From Octopus sinensis (lineage: Eukaryota), in the NCBI RefSeq assembly GCF_006345805.1, contig NC_043006.1, positions 14,198,001 through 14,262,000 of the forward strand: a stretch of DNA of 64,000 nucleotides. The letters run 5' to 3'. Below are positions 12,019 through 23,004 of this stretch, piece after piece. Numbering within the stretch: the stretch's first letter is position 1; every line of letters starts with the position of its first letter. Position numbers and translations under genes: made by a program. The notes below the pieces were generated by a model. It had not been told where the DNA came from and made no database searches. It saw only the letters and a program-made list of their open reading frames with translations.

Positions 12019-12415
12019 CAGGAGTGGCTGTGTGGTAAGTAGCTTGCTAACCAACCACATGGTTGCGGGTTCAGTCCCACTGCGTGGCACCTTGGGCAAG
12101 TGTCTTCTACTATAGCCCCGGGCCGACCAATGCCTTGTGAGTGGATTTGGTAGACGGAAACTGAAAGAAGCCTGTCGTATATATGTATATATATATGTAT
12201 GTGTGTGTGTGTGTGTGTTTGTCCCCCTAGCATTGCTTGACAACCGATGCTGATGTGTTTATGTCCCCGTCACTTAGCAGTTCGGCAAAAGAGACCGATA
12301 GAATAAGTACTGGGCTTACAAAAGAATAAGTCCCGGGGTCGAGTTGCTTGATTAAAGGTGGTGCTCCAGCATGGCCGCAGTCAAATGATTGAAACAAGTA
12401 AAAGAGTAAAAGAGT
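12019..12415 (+). mobile_element. SINE family A
   Basis: Full-length copy. Confidence 0.85.
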
Positions 12416-12529
12416 ATATGTAATGTATAACAACTTAGCTAGGTGTAAAACACATCTAAGGGATATTAAATATCCAAAGAATTAACTGGTTTATATTACC
12501 TATATAAACCAGTAAGTTCTTGACTAGCT

Positions 12530-13040
12530 CTCGTGCCGATGGCACGTTAAAGGCACCATCCGAACATGGTCAATGCCAGGCCCGCTTTACTGGGTCCTGT
12601 GCCAGTGGCATGTAAAATGCACCAACCAATCATGACTGATGCCAGTACCCTCTGACTGGCTCCTATATCAGCGGCACTTAAAAAGGACCATCAAAACATG
12701 TTCGTTGCCAGGCCCGCCTTACTGGCTCCGGTACCAATGGCACATAAAAAGCACCAACCGATTGTGACAGACGCCAGTACCCCCTTACTGGTTCCTGTGC
12801 CAGTGGCACATAAAAAGCACCATCCAAACATGATCATTGCCAGGCCCGCCTTACTGGCTCCTGTACCGGTAGCACATAAAAAGCACCCACACTTGGAGTG
12901 GTTGGCATTAGGAAGGGCATCCAGCTGTAGAAACTCTGCCAGACCAGATTAGAACCTGGTGTAGCCACTGGCTCTCAAGACCCCAGTCAAACCGTCCAAC
13001 CCATGCCAGCATGGAAAACGGATATTAATCGATGATGATG
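12530..13040 (+). mobile_element. RTE 3'-UTR fragment with about 75-bp tandem subunits
   Basis: Repeated GCCAGGCCCGCCTTACTGG...GTGGCACATAAAAAGCACC, then the conserved end and (GAT)n. Confidence 0.8.
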
Positions 13041-13077
13041 ATTATGAAATAAATATATATATATATATATATATATC

Positions 13078-13377
13078 ACCGTGACCAACCAGGCTATCAG
13101 ATGTTGCTACACATCGCTGGTCACAATGCGCTTTGCATAGTTTTAGCCTTTAAATGACGCCACCTCGCTGGCTAAACAAGCAGGCCAACACAAGAAAGAG
13201 GGAGAGAAAGTGGCGTCAAAAGAGTACAGCAGGAATCGCCACCATCCCCTGCCAGAGCCTCGTGGAGCTTTGGGTGTTTTCACTCAATAAACACTCACAA
13301 CGCCCGGTCTGGGAATCGAAACCGTGATCCTACGACCACGAGTCTGCTCCCCTAACCACTGGGCCATTGCGTCTCCA
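13078..13377 (-). mobile_element. SINE family C, tail type 2
   Basis: Same head; tail shared with 18900-19210. Confidence 0.8.
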
Positions 13378-13621
13378 CACATATATATATATATACACAC
13401 ACACACACACGTATGTGTGTGTGTTTATCCCTCCACATTGCTTGACAATAAGTGTTGGTTTCTTTAAACGCCTGTAACTTAGCAGTTCAGCAAATGAGAA
13501 CCAATAGAATAAGTATCAGGGTTTGAGTTCTAAAAAGTTTTTAGGGCAGTATCTCCATCTAATGACAGAAACAAGTAAAAGATAGTGTTTTTTTATAATT
13601 CCTCCTTAGAAAAAATACATC

Positions 13622-13820
13622 GCAGGAGTGGCTGTGTGGTAAGTAGCTTGCTAACCAACCACATGGTTCCGGGTTCAGTCCCACTGCGTGGCATCTTGGG
13701 CAAGTGTCTTCTGCTATAGCCCCGGGCCGACCAATGCCTTGTGAGTGGATTTGGTAGACGGAAACTGAAAGAAGCCCGTCGTATCATCATCATCATCATC
13801 ATATGTATATATATATATAT

Positions 13821-13855
<35 letters not shown>

Positions 13856-14090
13856 TGTGTGTGTGTGTGTGTGTGTGTTTGTGTGTCTGTGTTTGTCCCC
13901 CTAGCATTGCTTGACAACCGATGCTGGTGTGTTTACGTCCCCGTCACTTAGCGGTTCGGCAAAAGAGACCGATAGAATAAGCACTGGGCTTACAAAGAAT
14001 AAGTCCCGGGGTCGATTTGCTAGACTAAAGGCGGTGCTCCAGCATGGCCGCAGCCAACTGACTGAAACAAGTAAAAGAGAGTAAAAGAGT
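13622..14090 (+). mobile_element. SINE family A with expanded internal microsatellite
   Basis: Full-length copy. Confidence 0.85.
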
Positions 14091-14114
14091 ATCCTTACGA
14101 GTCGCTTTAGAATA

Positions 14115-17100
14115 TCATCATCATCGTTTAGCGTCCGTTTTCCATGCTAGCATGGGTTGGACGGTTCTACTGGGGTCTGTGAAGCCAGAAAGCTTCATCA
14201 GGCCCAGTCAAATCTGGCAGTGTTTCTACGGCTGGATGCCCTTCCTAACGCCAACCACTCCGTGAGTGTAGTGGGTGCTTTTTACGTGCCACCCGCACTG
14301 GTGCCAGACAGAGCTGGCAAACGGCCACGAACGGATGGTGCTTTTTATGTGCCACCGGCACGAGGGCCAGGCGAGGCTGGCAACGGACACGAAACGGGGC
14401 GGTGCTGGCAACGGTCGCGAAACGGAAAGTTCTCTTACATGCCACCGGCACTGGTAACACATCTGCAATTTCCATTGATCGATTTCGATTCTGATCGTCA
14501 CTTGCCTCAACGGGTCTTCACAAGCAGAGTTTTGACATGCCACCGGCACTGGTAGCACATCCGCAATTTCCATTGATCGATTTCGATTCTGATCCTCACT
14601 TGCCTCATCACGTCTTCACAAGTAGAGTTTTGTGTCCCAAGAAGGGAAGGTATGCATACGTAGGCTGGCTCCATCCCATGTAGAAGGCCACGGGTTATGG
14701 ACTCACTTGTCCTGCCGGGTCTTCTCGCGCACAGCACACTTCCAGAGGTCTCGGTCTCTAGTCATTTCCTCAGTGAGACCTAAAGTTCGAAGGTCGTGCT
14801 TCACCACCTCGTCCCAGGTTTTCCTGGGTCTGCCTCTTCCACAGGTTCCCTCAACCGCTAGGGTGTGGCACTTTTTCACACAACTATCTTCATCCATTCT
14901 CGCCACATGACCATACCAGCGCAAACGTCTCTCTTGCACACCACAACTGATGCTTCTTAGGTCCAGCTTTTCTCTCAAGGTACTTACACTCTGCCGAGTG
15001 TGAGTACCGGCATTACACATCCATCGGAGCATACTGGCTTCATTTCTAGCGAGCTTACGCATATCCTCAGCAGTCACGGCCCATGTTTCACTGCCATGTA
15101 GCATGGCTGTTCGTACACACGCATCATACAGTCTGCCTTTCACTCTGTGCGAGAGGCCTTTTGTCACCAGTAGAGGTAAGAGCTCTCTGAACTTTGCCCA
15201 AGCTATTCTTACTCTAGCAGTTACACTTTCAGCACACCCGCCCCCGCTGCTGACTTGGTCACCTAGGTAACGGAAACTATCAACTATTTCTAGTTTTTCT
15301 CCCTGGAAAGTGACGGAAGTTGGTCTCAGAGCATTTTCAGTGTTTATTGTTCCTGAGCATCTGCCACATACAAAAACCATCTTCCTAGTTAGCCTTCCTT
15401 TGACATTGCTGCATCTCTTATGTGTCCATAGCTTACACTTGGTGCATCTTATAGAGTTTCTACCTACACCTTTTCTACAGATCGAGCAGGGCCATCTACC
15501 TGAAGGTGTTTGTGATTTGTCTACCTTCCTACTGATTACGACTTTGGTTTTAGCTAGATTGACTCTGAGGCCCTTCGATTCTAATCCTTGTTTCCACACC
15601 TGAAACTTCTCCTCCAGTTCTGATAGCGACTCAGCAATTAGAGCAAGGTCATCAGCATAGAGGAGCTCCCAAGGGCATCCTGTCTTGAATTCCTCCGTTA
15701 TTGCCTGGAGGACTATGATAAATAGGAGGGGGCTGAGTACTGAGCCTTGGTGGACCCCTACCTCTACCCGGAATTCTTCACTGTACACATTTCCAACCCT
15801 CACCCTACTAGCGGCGTCCCTGTACATGGCCCGCACAGCTCTCACTAACCATTCATCTATCCCTAGTTTCCTCATTGCCCACCAGATAAGGGATCGGGGG
15901 ACCCTGTCGAAGGCTTTCTCCATGTCAACAAAAGCCAGGTACAGGGGCTTATCTTTGGCTAGGTATTTCTCCTGCAGCTGCCTTACCAGGAATATAGCAT
16001 CAGTAGTACTTTTCCCTGGCACAAACCCAAACTGCATCTCATCTAAACTAACTCTCTCTCTAATTAGTTGGGCTATGACCCTCTCCGTAACCTTCATCAC
16101 CTGGTCCAACAGCTTGATACCTCTGTAGTTATTTGTATCTAGGGCATCACCTTTACCTTTGTAGCAGTTGACTATTATACTGCTACACCAGTCATTGGGT
16201 ATGACCCCTTTGTGTATCACCTGATTAACTATACGGGTGACTAGGCTATAGCCGACACTACCAGACATTTTGAGCATCTCTGCAGTGATTCCTGATGGGC
16301 CTGGGGCTTTCCCTGTCTTCATGCTTCTAATTGCCTTAGCTACCACGGAACTATCAACTCGGATAGCTGGTCCCTCTGTTGGGTCAACATTCGGCAGACT
16401 CTCTTTATCCCATTCATTTTCTTCATTCAGCAACCTTTCATAGTGGCATCTCCAAACCTCTCTCTTTGCATCCTCATTTAGCGCAAGTGAACCATCTTCC
16501 ATGCGAACACACTTCTCTCCTACCACATCACGATTCTCTCTCACACACTGTCTTGCAACACGAAACACCTCCAGTCTTTGGTCCTCACGGCGCAGAACAT
16601 TGGCAAATTTTTTCTTATCTGCTTCCCCTCTGGCTAAATAAACCTGTCTCCTAGCTTCTCTTTTGGCAGTCTGATACAATCCCCTGCTACCCCCATTTTT
16701 CCAGACCTTCCAAGCCTGTCTCTTTTCTCTAATAGCCCTGTCTACAATATTGTTCCACCACCACGTTATTCTAGGTCGAGAGGGGACTTTGCACCAGCCA
16801 CAGATCTGGTCAGTGGCTCTCAGCAGGTTGTCCCTTAGAAACGTCCAGCTGTCTTCTACCCCCTGTGATGCTCTATCCCCTTCTACTTCGTCAGAGGCTT
16901 CAAGTAATATGTCCCTAAATCTCTGTCCATTTGCAGGATCTTTAAGCTTCCAGATCCTTCTTCTCCATATTTGTCGTCTTCTGGTTGTCCTCCTAGTCCT
17001 GATCCTAAAGTCACTAACTACCAGTCTATGTTGTGGGGTACATTCTTCACCTGGGAAGGTTTTGGCATTTATAAGCAGCCATCTCTCCCTTTGCCTTGTA

Positions 17101-18160
17101 AGGATGTAGTCAATTTGGCTGGTATGTTGGCCCGATTGGTAAGTGACTAGGTGGCTGGTAGGTTTCCTGAAGTTAGTGTTGCAAATCATAAGATTATTTG
17201 CATCGCAGAACTCCAGCAGCCTGGTTCCCTCCTCGTTGCGGGAGCCATAGCCATAGCCTCCATGTACGCCATGGAAGCCCCCAGCATGTCGTCCAACGTG
17301 ACCATTGAAGTCACCAGCCACAAAGATAAGGTCTCTGTCGTTCGTCAACGAGGTAGTCTGCAGTAGAGTGTCATAGAATCGGTCTTTCTGTCCATCGGGT
17401 AGCCCCGACTGAGGAGCATAGGCTGATATAATGGTTGCTAAACTATGATGAAGCACTAATCTAATCTTAAGTATTCTGTCACATACTCTGATTACCTCAA
17501 TTACTTTATCTACCCATTTCTCAGCGATAAGTATACCCACGCCACCAACCCCGTCAGTGTTCCCTGCCCAGAAAATCTTGTACCTGCGTTCCTTGCCTGT
17601 GAGGAACCTAGCTGATCCTCCTCTCCACCTTATTTCTTGCATGCAACATATATCCACACATCTCCGTTCAAGCATCTCGACTATCTCACCAGACCTACCT
17701 TTCAGAGTGCCAACGTTGAGGGTGCCAACCCTGAGGGTGTGGGAGGCATGGGCTCTAGAGACCCTGGGACGGTGGACAGTAGCTTCGTGTACCTGAAAAG
17801 AAAGCTCGCATTTGGCAGAATTCATGTGCAAGAAATGAAGTAGTAAAGTAGCCTTCAGTACAACCTGCATAACGCTAGCCTTTCATATTTTGCACTGTAT
17901 GAACATTACCTTACATAGGTCGAGACTAGGGGTAGGGAGGGGTAGGGATGGTGAGAACATTTGCAGTCTTCATGGGAAGCAACCCCGGAATGGCAGAGAA
18001 TAGGAACTTCCGGCATGCGTGGTGGGGGTGGGAGGGCGGGTGCACCGTGTCTGAGTAAAGAGGTTCTGTTAATCGTATGAGCTAGCAAATGGGTTTGTAT
18101 GAATCGGGAGACAACACTAAACGAAAAATTGAAAAATCAGAGTGGCTATGAACCTGTAGA
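14115..18160 (-). mobile_element. Near full-length RTE LINE in PHB2 intron 3, same orientation as the gene
   Basis: Intact ORF, about 590-bp 3' UTR ending in a (GAT)n tail at about 14115-14125, and a 98-bp tandem duplication in the UTR (14438/14536). The 5' boundary is uncertain and no TSD was found. Confidence 0.88.
14703..17870 (-). CDS. RTE-clade LINE ORF: APE endonuclease + reverse transcriptase + C4HC3 PHD finger (1055 aa, intact)
   Basis: APE motifs TLNVG, QE, SAYAPQ, GDFNGH, SQIDY and QHRLV. RT motifs QFGF, DMEKAFDRV, GVHQGSVLSPLLF and YADD (15648-15659). RTE C-terminus LHGSETW, RRLRWYGHV and GRGRPRKTW. Confidence 0.96.
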   Translation of the reverse strand: MQVVLKATLLLHFLHMNSAKCELSFQVHEATVHRPRVSRAHASHTLRVGTLNVGTLKGRSGEIVEMLERRCVDICCMQEIRWRGGSARFLTGKERRYKIFWAGNTDGVGGVGILIAEKWVDKVIEVIRVCDRILKIRLVLHHSLATIISAYAPQSGLPDGQKDRFYDTLLQTTSLTNDRDLIFVAGDFNGHVGRHAGGFHGVHGGYGYGSRNEEGTRLLEFCDANNLMICNTNFRKPTSHLVTYQSGQHTSQIDYILTRQRERWLLINAKTFPGEECTPQHRLVVSDFRIRTRRTTRRRQIWRRRIWKLKDPANGQRFRDILLEASDEVEGDRASQGVEDSWTFLRDNLLRATDQICGWCKVPSRPRITWWWNNIVDRAIREKRQAWKVWKNGGSRGLYQTAKREARRQVYLARGEADKKKFANVLRREDQRLEVFRVARQCVRENRDVVGEKCVRMEDGSLALNEDAKREVWRCHYERLLNEENEWDKESLPNVDPTEGPAIRVDSSVVAKAIRSMKTGKAPGPSGITAEMLKMSGSVGYSLVTRIVNQVIHKGVIPNDWCSSIIVNCYKGKGDALDTNNYRGIKLLDQVMKVTERVIAQLIRERVSLDEMQFGFVPGKSTTDAIFLVRQLQEKYLAKDKPLYLAFVDMEKAFDRVPRSLIWWAMRKLGIDEWLVRAVRAMYRDAASRVRVGNVYSEEFRVEVGVHQGSVLSPLLFIIVLQAITEEFKTGCPWELLYADDLALIAESLSELEEKFQVWKQGLESKGLRVNLAKTKVVISRKVDKSQTPSGRWPCSICRKGVGRNSIRCTKCKLWTHKRCSNVKGRLTRKMVFVCGRCSGTINTENALRPTSVTFQGEKLEIVDSFRYLGDQVSSGGGCAESVTARVRIAWAKFRELLPLLVTKGLSHRVKGRLYDACVRTAMLHGSETWAVTAEDMRKLARNEASMLRWMCNAGTHTRQSVSTLREKLDLRSISCGVQERRLRWYGHVARMDEDSCVKKCHTLAVEGTCGRGRPRKTWDEVVKHDLRTLGLTEEMTRDRDLWKCAVREKTRQDK

Positions 18161-18339
18161 CAAGTCTAAACGAAAAAAAATGTTTGAGCTAGACAGGGTA
18201 ATGAGGGAATACTGAAAGAATGAGGGACAATACAATGAGATGGAAATTGAAGAATAGAGAAAGAATAAGAATAAGTGCAAGAAAGAAGGTAGTCGTAGCG
18301 AGAGCACAATCTCAAAACTGGGAAACTAATTATTAAAAT

Positions 18340-18686
18340 AGTACCGTGGCCGTTCGCCAGCCTCGTCTGGCACCCGTGTCGGTGGCACGTAAAAAAACAC
18401 CATCCAAGCGTGGCCGTTCGCCAGCCTCGTCTGGCACCTGTGTCGGTGGTACATAAAAAACACCATCCGAGCGTGGCCGTCTCCCAGCCTCGTCTGGCAC
18501 CTGTGTCGGTGGCACATAAAATCACCCACTACACTCTCGGAGTGGTTGGCGTTAGGAAGGGCATCCAGCTGTAGAAACACTGCCAGATCAGACTGGCCTG
18601 GTGCAGCCTTCAGGCTCCCCAGACCCCAGTTGAACCGTCCAACCCATGCTAGCATGGAAAGCGGACGTTAAACGATGATGATGATG
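18340..18686 (+). mobile_element. RTE 3'-UTR fragment, inverted relative to the intact element
   Basis: Reverse complement of the 1091-1465 subfamily; ends in (GAT)n about 46 bp from PHB2 exon 3. Confidence 0.85.
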
Positions 18687-18732
18687 AGTACAAATGAAAT
18701 GCAAAAATATAATAATGTGAAGCTCTTGTTAC

Positions 18733-18812
18733 CTTTACTACCAGTCGGGGAAGACAATTTCCTTGGCCGAGCACGAATATCATAAATAATAGGGTAGTGA
18801 AACCATGGAACC
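18733..18812 (-). CDS. PHB2: Prohibitin-2 exon 3 ([26 protein letters not shown])
   Basis: PHB2 motif [23 protein letters not shown]; ttctag| acceptor and G|gtaac donor; phases compatible. Confidence 0.96.
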
Positions 18813-18899
18813 CTAGAAAGAAATAATTCAAGAGTTCAATCATTAAAATGGAAATGGCTTATGAAGAAGGAAACAACTGAAAGTACTTTTTCAATATAT

Positions 18900-19210
18900 C
18901 ACTGTGACCACCATGACCGACCAGGCTATCAGATGTTGCTACACATCGCTGGTCACAATGCGCTTCGCATTGTTTTAGCCTTCAAATGACGCCACCCCGC
19001 TGGCTAAGAGAGCAGGCCGACAGAAGAAAGAGTGAGAGAAAATTGAGGTGAAAGAGTACAGCAGGGATCGCCACCACCCTTTGCCGGAGCTTCATGGAGC
19101 TTTTAGGTGTTTTCACTCAATAAACACTCACAACGCCTTGTCTGGGAATTGAAACTGCGATCCTACGACCGAGAGTCAGCTGCCCTAACCACTGGGCCAT
19201 TGCGCCTCCA
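18900..19210 (-). mobile_element. SINE family C, tail type 2
   Basis: As above. Confidence 0.8.
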
Positions 19211-19475
19211 ATATGTACTTCTCAAAATATAGTAGATTATATATAAGGTATTACAGTTTATAAAATATTAGCCTATAATATAAAACAAAATTTACAATAT
19301 TTGCCAGTTTTTAAGAAGCATTTTCTAAAACTTTGGGTGTATAACAAAATTGCTCTGCATTTAATGCAGTTGCATAACAGGTGCAAGACCAAGCACCATG
19401 GCCTAGAATTATGAAAGCATTTAATTTATATACCACAACATAAGCTCAAAAGTGCAAAAACAAATTAATTCTCAC

Positions 19476-19557
19476 CTGAAATGCAGCCCTTCTGCATAAA
19501 TGTCCTTTTTAATACCGCCAATTCGACTGAAAATAATGGCTCTATGACCACCTTCAA
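19476..19557 (-). CDS. PHB2: Prohibitin-2 exon 2 ([28 protein letters not shown])
   Basis: Hand translation; canonical prohibitin VEGGHRAI motif; ttgacag| acceptor and AG|gtgag donor. Absent from the ORF track because it is short. Confidence 0.96.
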
Positions 19558-19608
19558 CTGTCAAAAGACGAAAAAGAATTAAATAAAAATACAAGGAAAT
19601 ATCCTTAA

Positions 19609-19828
19609 CCCTTTAGTATTTAAACCGGCCATATCCGGCCAAAATAGTTAACCTGTTTTATGTTCAAGCATGACCAGATCCAGGCTCTCACACCTACCCT
19701 ACAATGTTATTCTACATTAAGTAATTTCACCATCAAGATCTTGAAGATATGAGATAATGCATGATTAATTCAAATCAATGGGAATCAATAAGCATTATGT
19801 TTGATAGAATAATCAGAACACTAAAGGG
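19609..19828. mobile_element. piggyBac-type MITE (related partial copies near 10840-11025, 20640-20802, 53140-53360)
   Basis: TTAA|CCCTTTAG...CTAAAGGG|TTAA. Confidence 0.8.
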
Positions 19829-20236
19829 TTAAAGGCAAAAATTAACATGGGTACAGGTATAAAAGACCCTTCCAGTCATGAAGGACTATGGGTTTGCACC
19901 TAGAAAGTTACCCTCCCAGGCAGAAGTCCAGGCAAGGCTGTTTATGGAAGACCAGCAGTCGCCCATGCATACCACCCTTCCTCCACCATGCCACTGATGT
20001 TATCCAAGGGAAAGGCAAAGGGGCCGATACAGCTGGGCACCTGTGATGTCGTGACTCACTTCTACAACTGAGTGAACTGGAGCAATGTGAAATTAAGTGT
20101 CTTGCTCAAGAACACAATACACAGCCAGGTCCGGGATTCGAACTCACAACCTCGTGATTGTGAACCCAACACTCTAACCACTGAACCATGCACCTTCAAA
20201 AGTATAGTATGTCTATTAAAAAAACATGCATTATAA

Positions 20237-20541
20237 TTTGTTGTTTGTTCCTTTTCGAGCCATGCCTGGCTCATAAGGGCCGGTTTCCCGGTTTCCTTGG
20301 CATATAGGTTCCCCACCTGGATGGAATGCCGGTCCATCGCAGGTGAACTGCAAGATGCAGGAGGAAAGAGTGAGAGAAAGTTGTGGCGAAAAAGTCAGCA
20401 GAAGTTTCACCATTAACTTCTGCCGGAGCTGCGTGGAGCTTAGGTGTTTCACTCATAAACACACACCGCCCAGTCCGAGATTCGAACATGAGATCCCTCG
20501 ACCGTGAGTCTGTTGCTCTAACCACTAGGCCATGTGCCTTC
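20237..20541 (-). mobile_element. SINE family C, tail type 3
   Basis: Head variant GGCACATGGCCTAGTGG; tail ...GGGGAACCTATATGCC. Confidence 0.8.
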
Positions 20542-21051
20542 ACATGCATTATAATAATTAGGTTTCAATCTCACAACATAGTACTTTAGGTGTCTTCTAC
20601 TACAGTCTCACGTGGAGTAATACTTTGTGAGCAGAATTAATCATGCATTATGTTGTAGCTTAGAGATTTCAATAGTGATCATATATTTTTAGAATGACAT
20701 TGTAGGGTAGGTGTGAGAGGATAGATCTGATCAGTTTTAACATAAAAAAAAAGGGTAGAATATTTGGGTCAGATATGGCCAGATTAAATGCTAAAAGGTT
20801 AAAAACTAAGTTTTATAGATATTCCTTTCAAAATAAAAAATCCGATTTCATCTATCACACATTCACTTGTGTAGGCTGAAATATGTAAAACATTAGAGAA
20901 AAAGTAACTAGCTGTTTATTACTGTGGACCCACTCTGCTCTTTACCTTGTGTGAACCCCCTATAATCTTATATGGACCACAAGGGGCCATATCAACCCCA
21001 GATGAGAACCACTGTTATAAATGAAATACCTTGCCTTCATTTCAGTTAATT

Positions 21052-21370
21052 CATCATCATCATCATCGTCGTTTAGCATCCGTTTTCCATGCTAGCATGG
21101 GTTGGACGGTTCTACTGGGGTCTGGGAAACCAGAAGGCTGCACCAGGCTCCAGTCAAATCTGACAGTGTTTCTACGGCTGGATGCCCTTCCTAACGCCAA
21201 CCACTCCGTGAGTGTAGTGGGTGCTTTTTACGTGCCACCCGCACAGGTGCCAGACAGAGCTGGCAAACGGCCACGAACGGATGGTGCTTTTTATGTGCCA
21301 CCGGCACAAGGGCCAGGCGAGGCTGGCAACGGACACGAAACGGGGCGGTGCTGGCAACGGTCGCAAAACG
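21052..21370 (-). mobile_element. RTE 3'-UTR fragment, same subfamily as the intact copy
   Basis: Near-identical to 14120-14420. Confidence 0.85.
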
Positions 21371-21784
21371 AAAAAGTGAAATTATCATCATTATTAACCC
21401 TGCCAAAGGACGGCAAGCTGGCAGAATCATTAGCAAGCTGGGCTAAATGCTTAGTGGTATTTCACCAGTCGCTACATTCCAAGTTCAAATTCCGCCGAGG
21501 TCGACTTTGCCTTTTATCCTTTCAGAGTCAATAAATTAAGTAGCAGTTGCATACTGGGATTGATCTAATCAACTGGCCCCCTACCCCCAAATTTCAGTTC
21601 TTGTGTCTATAGTAGAAAGGATTATTAATCTTGCCATTCCATGTTCCCACTCTAGTAGGAATAAGGGGAACATTGTCTCAGCTAGATTCCCAGTAAAGCG
21701 GTAATGAACAACAGAAGCAGAAAAAGTAGATGCAGCTGATTCTGTCCATTAGTTTGCCTGCAATTGTTACCCTTGAGCTGTCAT

Positions 21785-22060
21785 TATCATCATCATCATC
21801 GTTTAACATCCACTTTCCATGCTAGCATGGGTTGGATGATCTGACTGAGGACTGGCAAACCAGATGGCTGCACCAGGCTTCAATCTTGATCTGGCAGAGT
21901 TTCTACAGCTGGATGCCCTTCCTAACACCAACCACTCAGAGAGTGTAGTGGGTGCTTTTACATGCCACCGGCACGGAGCCAGTCAGGCGGTACTGGCAAC
22001 GTCCACGCTCGAATCTTTTACACATGCCACCGGCACAGGTACCAGTAAGGCGATGCTGGT
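21785..22060 (-). mobile_element. RTE 3'-UTR fragment
   Basis: (CAT)n tail, conserved end and GCCACCGGCAC units. Confidence 0.8.
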
Positions 22061-23004
22061 TACAACAATAACGATTACAGGTTATGGTGCACAGCAAAGA
22101 GTGAGTATGTGTGCGGTGTTTAAGGAGTAGCAGCTTCATAAATTTGTCAGTGCACATCTTCAGAAGTGAACAAAATCACTAGTCTCTGACCTACAACACA
22201 GCCCTTGCTTATTGGCTCCCAGAAGTCAGCAAGTAAAACTAACAACCATTTTACATACAGTTTGATAATTATTACAACTGTTCTTGTCCATAACCACAAG
22301 ACAATAAAAAAAAACACTATATACAACTATTTATTTTTTAACTTTGGAGCCCGAGTGGAAAGTAAAGTTAGACATAGGAGCCCAGGTCTGAGAGGGTTAA
22401 GCTGGTTCACTAAGGCAGCAAGCTGATAGAACTGTTAGCACTCTGGACAAGATGCTTGGAGGAATTTCATCTGTCTTTACATTCCAAGTTCAAATTCCAC
22501 CAAGGTCAACTTTGCCATTCTTTCTTTCAAGGGTCAATAGAATAAAGTACCAGTTAGCACTAGGGTTGATGAAATCAACTAAACCCCACCACTAAAATGT
22601 CAGGTCATCTGTGCCTATAGTTGAAAGAATTATCTAGCAGGTCTTCCGGACATAAGCTAACGCGAAATTTTAATGAAAGTTTTTAATGTAGAACACTTCA
22701 AAAAAACAAGCCTCTGTCATAGAACCATGGGTAGTCTCAGGTGGACTGGTATCAAAAGAGTTAATTTATAGCCCAAAAATGTACCCTATAACATAGTAGA
22801 AGACTAAGAACAGAGCTTTTGTTTTCAAACAAATTTTCGCGGCATCAAAGCACCATAAATATGAAAATAAAAGAGACTTCCATTCCATCACTCAAGGAGC
22901 TCCCATGCAGTTGCTTGATGTGCTAGAAATAGCAACAAAATTTCCTTTCAATAACACCTTACCATCTTAAAAGGATACATCGTATAAAGTAGTGTTGGTT
23001 ATAC

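Noticed and set aside
11847-12243. Recurrent ORFs such as MSSNARGTNT..., MLGGQT..., DRLLSVSVYQIHSQG..., ...RLDALPNANHS...
   Set aside because: Translations of SINE and RTE-UTR repeats, recurring at many loci.
14090-18340. TSD for the intact RTE
   Set aside because: No matching flank pair was found, so the 5' boundary is left approximate.
21620-21790. Possible intronic H/ACA snoRNA (AGACAA and ACA boxes on the minus strand)
   Set aside because: The boxes are short and expected by chance, and no convincing two-hairpin fold was seen by eye.
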